From assembly GCA_964647265.1 (NCBI GenBank), contig CAZYGP010000001.1:1-46106 (forward strand): a stretch of DNA of 46,106 nucleotides. The letters run 5' to 3'. The translations under genes and the position numbers were made by a program. The stretch's first letter is position 1. Each line of letters begins with the position of its first letter. Under the pieces are notes generated by a model, which saw only the letters and a program-made list of their open reading frames with translations, made no database searches and was not told where the DNA came from. The DNA is from an uncultured Acidimicrobiaceae bacterium (lineage in GTDB: Bacteria > Actinomycetota > Acidimicrobiia > Spongiisociales > UBA5794). Of this stretch, positions 1 to 9,409 are shown piece by piece.

Positions 1-47
1 GTAGCGGGGGCGGGATTTGAACCCGCGACCTTCGGGTTATGAGCCCG
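1..47 (-). repeat. attL core: 47-nt copy of the 3' part of tRNA-fMet (anticodon-stem 5' strand through the discriminator base plus C)
   Basis: Bases 1-47 are identical to 41919-41965 and diverge at base 48. The reverse complement of 48-75 cannot supply an acceptor or D arm, so this is a partial tRNA rather than a second gene. Confidence 0.9.
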
Positions 48-123
48 GAGGGACGCTGGGCATCCGGGTTCGATAACTCCCAGATGGGGCGTTTTCCGGC
101 CCTTCTTGCTGGCTCCCTCCCGT

Positions 124-141
124 CCCGTGACCCCCCGTGAC
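124..141 (+). repeat. Tandem CCCGTGAC x2 (period 10) in the attL-proximal arm
   Basis: cccgtgac occurs at 124-131 and again at 134-141, immediately upstream of the GTTTGACAC pair. Confidence 0.4.
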
Positions 142-150
142 GGTGGGTTC

Positions 151-173
151 GTTTGACACACGTTTGACACGGG
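151..173 (+). promoter_or_regulatory. Candidate arm-type integrase binding sites: GTTTGACAC x2, period 11 (left arm)
   Basis: gtttgacacacgtttgacacggg matches 41829-41851 (gtttgacacaggtttgacacggg) at 22 of 23 positions. It has the same orientation and lies about 100 nt from the attL core. Confidence 0.6.
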
Positions 174-489
174 CCATAAGGGCTGCCCATCGGGTTGTCG
201 ACGCCCTCGGCGCTGGACCTGCGCGAGCCCCAGTCCATATGGTCCAGTTGGACCACCGGCAGGATTCGCCGTCCGAGCCGTCTGCAACCATTAGCTGAGG
301 TTTCACGAAAGCCCACTCCCCCATGGCTCATGAAAGGCTTGTCAAGCGGGCTGAGAGGACCTCAGACGCGGCGGAAGCGTCAGAGTACGCCATGGTCGGT
401 AACGCCTCTACGGGACCGGTCAAGCCCACGGGCGCCTCTGTGCAGCGGGCGCTACGACCGCGGGACCTGCACGAAGAGAACGAAACGGG

Positions 490-1154
490 TCACGACCGAG
501 AGGAATCCCCGAATTCCGGGGTGTGTCGCTGAGCGTCACAACTGGAATTGGGCGTGCGGCCTGCCATGCTCGTCACTCCATCGACGACCATCTGGTAGGC
601 GAGTGAGTGGAGGAAGGCGTGGCTGTGGACTCGCTTCTCGATGCCCGCTCGTCGTGCCACAACCTTAAGCATCCGCGTCACCTCGCTCTTGCTCAATAGT
701 CCGCTAGGCGCGCCAGCACCGTTGGCCGCCGCAGTTCTCGGTTTCGGTCGGGTGGTTCAGAATTCACCGTTGACAACCGCAAACGGCGAACAGTCGCATG
801 CCTTGCGGAAAGATCGTCTGGTGAACTGACCGGCGACGACGTCGCTGATGAAGGACATCGAACGCACGAGCAGCGGTCTGAGTGCGCCGCCACGCCTCAA
901 GCCATGCTTTGCACTTCTGGACCGATGCGCGAGCCATGCTCGACAGTCTCGAAACTCAGCCGCTCGCCTTCGATCGCTATCTCAAATGCCTGAAGGTCAA
1001 GCTCGACCAGGGCGAGCCAGCCCTCACGCGAAGACTCGGAGGAGTAGAACGGCTCGGCACTATTGACCTCCTGGCACCAAAGGGGACCAGCGCGTTCGAT
1101 CGGGCTTGATGCGTTACGGGTCAAGGGCTTCGCCTTCATGCTCAGGCGCCCCAA
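490..1154 (-). pseudogene. Decayed tyrosine recombinase (XerC/phage-integrase-like) remnant
   Basis: The minus-strand translation carries integrase C-terminal boxes that are degenerate: GIEKRVHSHAFLHSLAY (the Arg of H-x-L-R-H is lost) and AGRTPNSSCDAQRHTPE (the LGH...Y.H box has R for His and H for Tyr). There is an in-frame TGA at 757-759 and a frame change near 897-900 between the N-terminal part (897-1154) and the rest. Confidence 0.65.
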
Positions 1155-1539
1155 CTGCTTGACGGCGTCTTCATCTGGGTAGCTCGACCAAGAAGCATCC
1201 AGATACCTGCAACCAGCTAACAGATTTCGATGGCAGCGATGTGGTAGTGGGTGACGATGTCCGAGCGATAGAGGATCTCGATCCGATCTGCACGCTCATG
1301 CCTCATCCGTCTGCTGTGAACTCGGTCATGGTGGATCGCATTGCTCACGGCCCTGAGGTGACCCGCAGGGATGCTCTGCACCAGGACTCCACCACCGCGA
1401 TCGAACGGGGCGCGACTGATCTGACCCCAACACAGCGGCGTTCGGCAATCTGTCCTGCACCACGTGGTGGGTCCGGCAGCGAACACGGGAGGAAACGTCG
1501 ACACCGGCAGTAGCTTCTCAGCCGCTAGCGGCCGCTACC

Positions 1540-2519
1540 GTGGCGAACGCCGAATCCGCAATCCCATTGCAGGTCATGGATACTCACAAAGGATGGCGCC
1601 GCGGACTGACGTGGACAACAGCGGCCCTCTCGGAAGGGCAGCTCCGCAACGCAGGCGATTCGGTCCTGGACTTCCGGACCTTCCGGGACAAGTACATTCT
1701 GCCGAGCAGGACAGTCACGGCAAGTAGGCCCAGCCTTGACAATGCGGCAGCCCCACTCCTCCACATGCTCAGCCGGAACCCATACGGCATTGCCAGGTTT
1801 CGAGTCGACTTCGCCTTTGTTCCAGAACGCCTTGCTGTCGAAGCGGACGGTCGAGCATGGCACGACGCCGATCGCGACGCGGCAAGAGATGCATTTCTCG
1901 AAACGCTCGGATGGAGGACCATCCGATTCACCGGTAGCCAGATCTATCGAAACGTCGATGACGTGGTCGCCCAGACCATCGCTGCACTCGCAGATCGCTC
2001 GGACATCGTCACCTTCACTGAACCCGAAGCGGCGGACCGCGTGTCGATCTGGCGACGGTTCTGGAACTGGCTCACTCGCCGAAACAATCGCGACACCGTC
2101 GATCCATACGTCTCACTGACGCCGATCAAGCGGCCGATCCCACCGTGGAAGGCGGATCTCGACAACAACCAACGGCTCGCAGTCGACTCCATGGAAGGCG
2201 TTGTGCAGGTCATCGCACCCGCAGGATCAGGGAAGACACGAACGATGATCGGACGCGTCCAGGAACTCATCTCCCGCGGTGTCCCCGCAAGCCGGATCCT
2301 GTGCTCAACCTTCAACCGCGCTGCACGAGAAGAACTCGAGGATCGCCTCAAGACCCTCGGAATCGGTGATGTCGAGGTTCGGAACTTCCATGCCCTAGGT
2401 CGTCACATCCTCGACGAGGAGGGCCTACTCCGGGCCAGCGTCGGAACCGTGTCGTACGGTCAGTGGAGACGAATCGCAAAACTGGCAATGGACTCGACCA
2501 CGGACGGGGTATGGATTGA
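1540..2519 (+). pseudogene. Truncated DUF559 (Vsr-like endonuclease) - UvrD-like helicase fusion, N-terminal third only
   Basis: A DUF559-like block is present (FVPERLAVEADGRAWHD...RDAFLETLGWRTIRF), followed by a UvrD-type Walker A (VIAPAGSGKT) and motif Ia (STFNRAA). Helicase motifs II-VI are absent, and family resemblance ends around 2515-2530. Confidence 0.6.
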
Positions 2520-2700
2520 CGCCCCCGCAGAGAGGTGTTCGAACGAGCGGCGTCGCGGGTCAACGACCTGGGCCTTCTCTCCGAGGAGATCGATCTCCGC
2601 TCTGGCGCCTTGATCGGCTACCTCCGACGGGCGTTCAGCCACATCGGGCTCATCAGCGCTGCGTGGCCGATCTCCCGGGCGGAGCTTGCCGAAAGAGCCT
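2520..2700 (+). pseudogene. C-terminal fragment of a glycoside hydrolase family 15 gene
   Basis: VNDLGLLSEEIDLRSGALIGYLRRAFSHIGLISAA matches the conserved GH15 C-terminus (GLLSEE.D...G...GNFPQAFSH..LI.AA), with NFPQ degraded to YLRR. The frame opens only after a TGA at 2517-2519, and no upstream GH15 sequence is present. Confidence 0.6.
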
Positions 2701-2803
2701 CATCCCCCCGACCGCTGGCCCCACGCTCCCGGCAACGGTGTCGTGACGGCGGTGTGATCACGGCGATCCGTTCGACGGATCGGTGCGGACGGCATCGGCG
2801 ACG

Positions 2804-4036
2804 TCAGCCCGCTCCGCCTGCGAGTTGCATTGCGTACGCTGAGCGCTTCAGGCGCACCATCGCGACGATACCCAGTGCCGGGCCGAGTGCTAGCACCGGA
2901 AATGCCCAGCGCCAACCCCACATTTCGGCCAGGAGCGGGACACCCCGAATGGTCACGAGCGTCAGGAGGAACCCCACCGCGGTCTGGAGGGTCAATGCTG
3001 TCCCGCGGTGTGCGTCCTCGGCCGTCTCCGTCACCATGGCCGAGAACTGAGCCGAGTCAGCGACAACCGTCGCTCCCCACACGAGGAACACCGGGAGGAC
3101 CAGCCAGGGGGTCAGACCGAACACGAGCGGAGTCAACATGGCGCAGGTCCCGGAGATGGCCATCGCTCCGCCTGCGATCACGGTGCGTCCACGCCCGTCG
3201 GCGAGGACACCTGCCAACCATGCACCGAGCCCCCCTATCGCGATGATCGCAAAGGTCGCGCCCGGGACCCACCGGTCCCCGATTCCAGCGGACGCTGCCG
3301 ATGCGGCGAGGAACGCAGCCGTCCATGTCCACATGGCGTACAACTCCCACATATGGCCGAGGTATCCGTAGGTCGACAGTCGAATTCCCCGGTTGCGGAG
3401 TACGCCCCTCACCTGGTCCCACGAGAACCGCACCGGCACTGTCTCATACGGCCCATCGCTCACGAGAAGGCCAAGCACGCCGACCCCGATGAGCGCGAGT
3501 GCCGACGCTGCGATCAGCACTCCCTCCCAGCCGAAGCCCAGGCCACGGATCAGATGGGGTGCGGCGCTACCGACGGTCAGGGCTCCCACGAGCACTCCAA
3601 GTGCCATGCCCCGCCCACGTTCGAACCAGCCCGCCATCGCCTTGAGGCCGCTCGGGTACACACCGGCAAGGGCGACACCGGTCACAAAGCGAAGCCCGAA
3701 GGCAGCCAGCGTGTCGCCCGGCCCGAGAGCGAGGAGCGAGAGGTTGACGGCAGCACCGATCACACCGGCAACCACGAACAGGCGTCGCGCAGGAATGATG
3801 TCGGGAAGGTTCAGGAGGCCCGAGACCAGCGCTCCCACGACGAAGCCGATCTGCACCGCCAATGTGAGACCGGCAGCCTCACCCGACGTCAGCCCCCATG
3901 CGGTCTCGAGTTGGGGCGCAACCGCCGACGCCGAGAACCAGAGCGTGAGAACGAGCAGTTGGCTCGCCGAAATCGCCACAAGCGCGCTCCGCTGGCCGAT
4001 CGGGCGCGCTCGGTCGGAGGCATCTACCGCTGTCAT
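2804..4036 (-). CDS. MFS transporter
   Basis: The 410-aa product is hydrophobic with about 12 predicted TM segments and is Gly/Ala/Leu-rich, typical of MFS. Its ATGA overlaps the ccdA stop at 4033-4036. Confidence 0.7.
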   Translation of the reverse strand: MTAVDASDRARPIGQRSALVAISASQLLVLTLWFSASAVAPQLETAWGLTSGEAAGLTLAVQIGFVVGALVSGLLNLPDIIPARRLFVVAGVIGAAVNLSLLALGPGDTLAAFGLRFVTGVALAGVYPSGLKAMAGWFERGRGMALGVLVGALTVGSAAPHLIRGLGFGWEGVLIAASALALIGVGVLGLLVSDGPYETVPVRFSWDQVRGVLRNRGIRLSTYGYLGHMWELYAMWTWTAAFLAASAASAGIGDRWVPGATFAIIAIGGLGAWLAGVLADGRGRTVIAGGAMAISGTCAMLTPLVFGLTPWLVLPVFLVWGATVVADSAQFSAMVTETAEDAHRGTALTLQTAVGFLLTLVTIRGVPLLAEMWGWRWAFPVLALGPALGIVAMVRLKRSAYAMQLAGGAG

Positions 4037-4917
4037 GGCACCTGGTTGACGTCTGATTCCTCACGCTTCGCGTCGGTGCCCGGCCTTCTGGCGACCACGA
4101 CCGTGACGAGGGCTCCGCCGACGAGCAGGGCAAGGCCCAGCGAAAGGAATCCGGTGTTGTCGTTGACGAGATTCAGGGCGGTCTGTGACAGGTTCTCGAC
4201 GAACCGGAAGAGGCCCGAGTCGAGGCTCGTGGCGCCCGATGCGAGCGTGGTTCCCCAGAACCAGACGATGTAGAGGCCGGCAGCGATGAGGATCACCCCT
4301 GAGAGCGTGTTGACGTGCTTCAGCACCCGACGAAACTGGCCCACGATGGACGACTTGCCGAGTGCCAGAGCGACCGTCAGCGCCACCAGGACCAGCGCCA
4401 TACCTGCACCGTAGACGACGAACGTGACCAAGCCAGAGATGACGTTCGTTTGGGTGACCTGGCCAGCGACGACCGTCAGGAACACCGGAAGGGAGCACGA
4501 CAGGGATGCGATGGCGTACGAGACACCGAACGTGAAGATCGACCGGAAGTCGCGCGTGCTGGGGCCTCGTTTCACCTTGAACAGGCTCACATTGAGGTCG
4601 AATCCGAGTACGAGGGCCACACCGAGGGCGATCACCCCGAGACCGATCACGAGCGCCAACCACGGTATCCAATCGATGAACGATCGGAAGCCGGCGGTGA
4701 TCAACAGTCCGGCGAGACCGAAGACGACCAGGAAGCCGAGCGACACGGTGGCGCCGACAACGAGCGCTGACCTCACCGCACCAATCCACGACCGCGAGTC
4801 GCCGTCATCGATGCCCATGAAGTAGGAGAGATATGCGGGAAGCATCGCGAAGCCGCATGGGTTGATGGTTGCCACCATCCCAGCGGCGAATGCGAGGGCG
4901 ATGGGTGCCTCGATCAT
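4033..4917 (-). CDS. ccdA: Cytochrome c biogenesis/thiol-disulfide transporter CcdA (DsbD-core) family
   Basis: The N-terminus AAGMVATINPCGFAMLPAYLSYF is typical of CcdA, and a second conserved Cys lies in SYAIASLSCSLPVF. Its ATGA overlaps the upstream thioredoxin-like gene. Confidence 0.8.
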   Translation of the reverse strand: MIEAPIALAFAAGMVATINPCGFAMLPAYLSYFMGIDDGDSRSWIGAVRSALVVGATVSLGFLVVFGLAGLLITAGFRSFIDWIPWLALVIGLGVIALGVALVLGFDLNVSLFKVKRGPSTRDFRSIFTFGVSYAIASLSCSLPVFLTVVAGQVTQTNVISGLVTFVVYGAGMALVLVALTVALALGKSSIVGQFRRVLKHVNTLSGVILIAAGLYIVWFWGTTLASGATSLDSGLFRFVENLSQTALNLVNDNTGFLSLGLALLVGGALVTVVVARRPGTDAKREESDVNQVP

Positions 4918-5429
4918 GAGAGCAGGACCTCGGTGATCCGATCGACGAGCTGGCTCTCCGTCAGCGGCCCGTTGTGAACGTCGAGTATGAGACCGTCGGG
5001 GGAGATGAAGACGGTGAACGGCATCCCGAGACCCCCGAGCGCGGTGTAGAGCTCGCCGACGGGGTCCTCGGCGAGGTCGAACAGCGCGCCGGTCTCTTCA
5101 ACGAGGTCCAGCGCCCGGTCGCGCTCGTCCTGGATGTTGATCCCCAAGAACGCGACCTGGTCGCCGAGCTGCTGCTGGGCGGGGAGGAAAGCAGCAGACA
5201 TCTCCGCCACACACGACGGACACCACGATGCCCAGAAGTTGACGACCAGCGGCTCGCCCGCATAGGCGCCGAGGGAGATCTGCTCGCCCGCAAACGTCTC
5301 GAACGTTTCGCTTGGGATGGGTTCACCCTGAGGTTCATCGACTGACTCGGCGCTGCTCGAGCACGCCGCCACAATGAGAGAGAAGGCGATTAGGAGGACG
5401 GCCATCTTCGCTGTGCCCGGGAGATTCAC
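4914..5429 (-). CDS. TlpA/ResA-like thioredoxin-fold lipoprotein
   Basis: The signal peptide ends in the lipobox LIVAAC. The redox motif FWASWCPSC is present. The start may instead be the internal Met at 5405. Confidence 0.8.
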   Translation of the reverse strand: MNLPGTAKMAVLLIAFSLIVAACSSSAESVDEPQGEPIPSETFETFAGEQISLGAYAGEPLVVNFWASWCPSCVAEMSAAFLPAQQQLGDQVAFLGINIQDERDRALDLVEETGALFDLAEDPVGELYTALGGLGMPFTVFISPDGLILDVHNGPLTESQLVDRITEVLLS

Positions 5430-5744
5430 GGTGAGTCCTGCTTTGTTGGGGTCCCACCTTCAACGCCCCGCAGCGCGCTTGGTCGCGACCAACTGTCGCG
5501 AACACGTCAAACTGGCGCTCGAGCGTGCCCTGGACACCGAGCGGCGCCCCCGCGGACTTCACCGCCGGGCAAGCCAACGACTCCGACCGCGTCCGTTGGC
5601 TGCGGGTGCGTTCCGCCGCACCTCGCCGCGGCGGCGGGGCGAGCCCACGAACCACTCAACTGTCGCCTCAACGACTTTGTGATGTTGGGTTCATCCCGGG
5701 AGCGGTTCCCCTGATGTCATATCCGCGTTCCATGAGGAGGAACC

Positions 5745-6674
5745 ATGACCACGAGAATCGAGTCATTGACCCGTCCCAAGGTCGGGCAGGACACATCGAA
5801 GGGGTCGTCGCGTCGTACGGTCGGATTCGCCATCGCGGCGATTGGCCTCCTGCTGGCCATCGTCACCTTGGTGGCGAATATCAGCGCGGCAAACGATGTC
5901 GCCAGCGACCCTGCATCGTCGGCCGAGACGCTTGCCTGGAGCTTCGGCCTGACCACGACGGCGTTCGGCACGCTGAAGCTGGCCATCGGCATCATCCTGA
6001 CCGCCATCCTGATCGGACTGTGGCTCCGTGTCGACAGCGTCGAGGCGGCATTGCCGAGGCTCAAGGCGCAAGCCGACCCGGTCCTGGCGTCGGGGGATGC
6101 CGACTCGGCCCAGGGGCGTATCCAGCAGGGCTCGACGGTTCCGGCCCCACTGCCGATCCACACGATGGCAAAGCGCCTGTGGGCGCCCATGCTCGCCATG
6201 GGCTACATGTTCGTGCTGATCGGGCTGGCGGTGTCGTTCAGCTGGGCGGATGACCCGACCGACGTGGCAGCGTCGGCATGGACGCAGGGGCTGCAGTTCC
6301 TCGGCGAGGGATTCCTTCTCGCCGGTATCTCGTTCCTGCTCGGAACGATCCTGGCCTCCTTGCGAGAGGGCGGGGGACAAGTGCAGGCGTCGCTCGGCCT
6401 TACGGTCAAGACGCTGCGCATGCCGACGACGGCGAAGGCGTTCATCACCCTGATGATGCTCGGCCTGATGACGTCGATCGCCCAGTTCGTGCTGTATGTG
6501 GTCGTCGCCTCGGGCGTAGACAATCCCGCAGCGTGGTTTGCGTGGCTCGGACCACTTCGCGAGGTCGGTCTCGGGCTGCTGCTCGCAGGGATCGTGTTGG
6601 CGCTCGTGACGATCGGCAACGTACTCACCTTCCAGTTCGACCGCATCCGCCAAATCATTGCCACGGGCAATTGA
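5745..6674 (+). CDS. Uncharacterised polytopic membrane protein (paralog A, 309 aa)
   Basis: A strong RBS (gaggaggaaccATG) precedes the start. The protein has no Cys and contains three copies of a roughly 45-aa hydrophobic unit. Its C-terminal two-thirds align with the next gene (KRLWAPMLAMG / RRLWAPMFAMA; EGGGQVQASLGLTVKTLRMPTTAKAF / KGGGEIQEAAGQPVHTLRMPVTAKVF). Confidence 0.75.
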   Translation: MTTRIESLTRPKVGQDTSKGSSRRTVGFAIAAIGLLLAIVTLVANISAANDVASDPASSAETLAWSFGLTTTAFGTLKLAIGIILTAILIGLWLRVDSVEAALPRLKAQADPVLASGDADSAQGRIQQGSTVPAPLPIHTMAKRLWAPMLAMGYMFVLIGLAVSFSWADDPTDVAASAWTQGLQFLGEGFLLAGISFLLGTILASLREGGGQVQASLGLTVKTLRMPTTAKAFITLMMLGLMTSIAQFVLYVVVASGVDNPAAWFAWLGPLREVGLGLLLAGIVLALVTIGNVLTFQFDRIRQIIATGN

Positions 6675-6690
6675 GAAGAGGACGATTCAC

Positions 6691-7305
6691 ATGACTACAA
6701 CCACAACATTCGACTACGAGGTCTCACAGAAGGGCCTCGGCTACAACGGCCCCCAAGCCATGGGTCGCCGGCTCTGGGCGCCCATGTTCGCAATGGCGCT
6801 CCTCGGCTTCGCCGTCGGGTTCGTCCTCGCGGTGGTTCGAGCATCCGAGATCGCATCGTCCGGTGATCCGGAGACCATCGTCCGTCTCGGTCAGCTCATT
6901 CCCGCCTTCATGTTCGTCGGGTTCGTCGGCGTGTTCGCGGCGATCTCGTTCGCCATCGCACGGATCCTCGGTGTGTTCCGTAAGGGCGGCGGCGAGATCC
7001 AGGAGGCAGCGGGCCAACCGGTGCACACACTGCGGATGCCCGTGACGGCCAAGGTCTTCCTGGCCTCGATGATGATGGCCGCCATGATCATCATGGTGGC
7101 GATCGTGCTGCACTTCGTCGTCGCGGCGAATGCAGGGACGTGGTCACCGGAGAGCATCGAACAGTGGGCGATCAACCTGGAAGGCGCTCGCCGAGTCGGT
7201 GTGTCGCTCTTCCTCTTCGGTATTGCCTTCGGGCTCGGCACCATCGTGACGGTGTTGCGGTTCCAGGGTGTGCGTATCAGGGAGCTTGCAGCAACCCACG
7301 GTTGA
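6691..7305 (+). CDS. Uncharacterised polytopic membrane protein (paralog B, 204 aa)
   Basis: An RBS (gagaagagga) lies 8 nt before the ATG at 6691. A Met-rich TM segment is present (FLASMMMAAMIIMVAIVLHF). The gene is followed by a strong hairpin. Confidence 0.75.
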   Translation: MTTTTTFDYEVSQKGLGYNGPQAMGRRLWAPMFAMALLGFAVGFVLAVVRASEIASSGDPETIVRLGQLIPAFMFVGFVGVFAAISFAIARILGVFRKGGGEIQEAAGQPVHTLRMPVTAKVFLASMMMAAMIIMVAIVLHFVVAANAGTWSPESIEQWAINLEGARRVGVSLFLFGIAFGLGTIVTVLRFQGVRIRELAATHG

Positions 7306-7320
7306 GCCAGTTCATGCGGC

Positions 7321-7348
7321 GAGGCGCCCCGCGGTGTCGGGGCGCCTC
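7321..7348 (+). terminator. Intrinsic-terminator-like hairpin after the membrane-protein pair
   Basis: gaggcgccccg-cggtgt-cggggcgcctc forms a perfect 11-bp GC-rich stem with a 6-nt loop, 16 nt after the stop. The tail is only weakly T-rich. Confidence 0.6.
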
Positions 7349-7430
7349 ATCGCGTGTTCCGTTCGGTCCGAAACAGTAGGAATTCCGACAGTCGTGGCGG
7401 CCTCGCGGCGATTGCGGCGTTGGCGATCTC

Positions 7431-8039
7431 ATGGCACGGAGGACCAAGGCTGAGAGCGCCGCGTCGAAGCGGGCGATCGCTGATCAGCGCAGACGCGCCG
7501 CGGCAAGGCGGACGAAGATCCGTAACGGCATTCTCGTGGCTGTCGGAACCCTCGGCATCTTCGCAGCGCTCGTGATCCTCCGACCCGAGCCGCTCAGCGG
7601 TGATACCTCGGCAGAAGCGTGGGATCTTCCTGCGCTCGCCGGTGACGGCAGGGTGAAGCTCTCCGATTTCCGCGGCAAGCCGACCGTCGCGGCGTTCTTT
7701 GCGTCGTGGTGCGACGTCTGCGAACGCGAGATCCCGGAGTTCCTCGCCGTTTCCGAGCAAGTCGGTGATCAGGTTCAGTTCGTTGGCATCAATACCCAGG
7801 ACGGCGGTCGAGGGATCGGCGACGCTCGGAAGTGGGGAATCGAAGGCGCGTGGCCCCTCGCCCGCGACATCGGCAGGAGCAACGGCAGCGGTCTTTCCAG
7901 CGGCACATTCGGTATGTTCGGATCCCCGATGACCGTCTTCTACGACGCTGAAGGCATCGTCATCCACGTGCAACGAGGCGGCATGTCGGGTGGGCAACTC
8001 GTCGGAGCCCTTCAGCAGTTCTACGGTATAGGCGGCTGA
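7431..8039 (+). CDS. Membrane-anchored TlpA-like thioredoxin-fold protein
   Basis: A basic N-terminus is followed by one TM segment (ILVAVGTLGIFAALVIL). The redox motif is FFASWCDVC. Confidence 0.8.
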   Translation: MARRTKAESAASKRAIADQRRRAAARRTKIRNGILVAVGTLGIFAALVILRPEPLSGDTSAEAWDLPALAGDGRVKLSDFRGKPTVAAFFASWCDVCEREIPEFLAVSEQVGDQVQFVGINTQDGGRGIGDARKWGIEGAWPLARDIGRSNGSGLSSGTFGMFGSPMTVFYDAEGIVIHVQRGGMSGGQLVGALQQFYGIGG

Positions 8040-8118
8040 TCCGGCCCTCGAGCCGGCTACCACGGAGGCTGTTGCGCCAGGGCGGTTCGCTGTGCGAGGA
8101 GGCGCTGGCGAGCGGACG

Positions 8119-9366
8119 TCACTCCTCGATGATCTCCGTGCCTGGTTGGTAGGTCGACCAGGCGAACCAGAACGTGTCGAGGTGGTGGGCCGGTGCGAGC
8201 CGGATGCCCTCCATCTCACCGGCAACTGCGGTACCGGTGATGTCCCAGGTCGATCCGGTCTGCTCGTCCATGAACTCTCCGTCCGACGCCACGAATGTCA
8301 GGGTGGCTCCATCGACCCTGGACGAGAAGACGCCCACTGAGCCGACATCACGGCCACCGTTGACGGTGCCGTCCTCCAGTGCGGTCGATTGCCCTGCTCG
8401 CCACAGGATCACCATCGGCATGTCTCCTACCTCGGTGTTCGTGGCTGTTGCTTCACCGTGCGACAGGGCGTCGAGCGTCCATGCCCGGGATTGACCCCCC
8501 TCGACGATGCCGACGACCCGCTGCATCGCCTGAGCTCGATCGTCGAGTGCCCCACGGAACAAGAAGGGACTCGCAGACTGATCGTCGTAGCCGACGTAGG
8601 GGTTACGGCCGTAGTCGCGTTCGTATCCGGTAGCGCCGCGGTCGAGTACGTCTGCGTCAGGGAAGGCCTCCTTGAAGTCGCTCCACGCGATGAGCGGCGA
8701 TGGGATCGGGGCGAGGCGCCTTCCGGTGAGAACGCCCGCAACAGCGAGGCCGTCGAAGTGCGTCCACAGGGATTCGGTCGCCCTGTCGTACATCACCAGA
8801 GCCGAGGCGTAGAGGCGCCCGGACGTCCCGAAGGTGGTCTCGACACCGTCGATCACACGAGAGTAGGACACGGCGCTGTTGCACAGCGGGCAGTAGGTCA
8901 CGGACACGGGTTGTCCCCCAACGACATCATTGACGATCTCGTGCCAGATGAGGACCTGCACGGGATACGCGTGCACATCGCCTTCGATCTCGAGGTATAC
9001 GACAGGCTCGGCATCGGTGAGCCACTCGTCTGCCGCCTCCGTTGTCACGAAGGCCGGATCGTCGATTGGGGGAATTCCATCGGGAGGCGGTCCCCCCGAG
9101 ATGATGTCGGCGGGATCGACGAGAGGCGTCGGCAGTTGCGGATCATCGATGGTTCGCAGGGCCGATGGTCCCTCCGGAAGGCCGGATCCGGCATCCGTTG
9201 GTGCGACCGTTGTCGATGTACCGCCCGCCGTCGTGTCGGGCGCCTCTGATGGCTGTTGGGTCGTGTCGACGGAGGACGCATCGATGTCGTCACCTACCCC
9301 CTTCGTTGCGCAGGCTGCGGCAACCACCGCAAGAATCAGAACGACGGCTGCGATGGCTGTCCGCAT
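8119..9366 (-). CDS. DUF3179-family lipoprotein (copy 1)
   Basis: The start is set at MRTAIAAVVLILAVVAAAC (signal peptide plus lipobox). The conserved core is HAYPVQVLIWHEIVND...VTYCPLCNSAVSY...GTSGRLYASALVMYDRATESLW. Confidence 0.75.
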   Translation of the reverse strand: MRTAIAAVVLILAVVAAACATKGVGDDIDASSVDTTQQPSEAPDTTAGGTSTTVAPTDAGSGLPEGPSALRTIDDPQLPTPLVDPADIISGGPPPDGIPPIDDPAFVTTEAADEWLTDAEPVVYLEIEGDVHAYPVQVLIWHEIVNDVVGGQPVSVTYCPLCNSAVSYSRVIDGVETTFGTSGRLYASALVMYDRATESLWTHFDGLAVAGVLTGRRLAPIPSPLIAWSDFKEAFPDADVLDRGATGYERDYGRNPYVGYDDQSASPFLFRGALDDRAQAMQRVVGIVEGGQSRAWTLDALSHGEATATNTEVGDMPMVILWRAGQSTALEDGTVNGGRDVGSVGVFSSRVDGATLTFVASDGEFMDEQTGSTWDITGTAVAGEMEGIRLAPAHHLDTFWFAWSTYQPGTEIIEE

Positions 9367-9409
9367 GGATGTCTCCGCTCTCCGGCTCCGTTGATTCCGA
9401 TCATCGTCG

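Noticed and set aside
48-75. The possibility that the window starts inside a second complete tRNA-fMet gene.
   Set aside because: The reverse complement of 48-75 (tatcgaacccggatgcccagcgtccctc) provides no acceptor strand complementary to CCCCGC and no D arm. Only the 47-nt 3' part is present.
1217-1513. ORFs 1217-1504 (minus strand) and 1241-1513 (plus strand) between the integrase remnant and the helicase fragment.
   Set aside because: Neither translation shows any recognisable motif. The region may simply be the decayed 5' part or leader of the integrase pseudogene, whose frame stays open to about 1260.
2535-3050. The full 171-aa ORF as a GH15-related gene.
   Set aside because: Only the first 46 or so codons resemble GH15. 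The remainder is low-complexity R/P/S sequence antisense to the MFS gene 3' end.
3008-4273. Very long ORFs antisense to confident genes (3008-4273, 15789-16673, 32056-33873, 35076-36539, 39854-41200, 41957-43351, 8389-9249, 18314-19492 and others).
   Set aside because: Their translations are Arg/Pro/Gly/His-rich with no recognisable motifs. Each lies opposite a gene with clear family signatures. These are the typical shadow ORFs of high-GC DNA.
5482-5501. Two GTCGCGA repeats 13 bp apart in the tlpA/membrane-protein divergent region, considered as an operator.
   Set aside because: A 7-mer built on a 6-bp GC palindrome is expected by chance in DNA of this GC content, and nothing else supports it.
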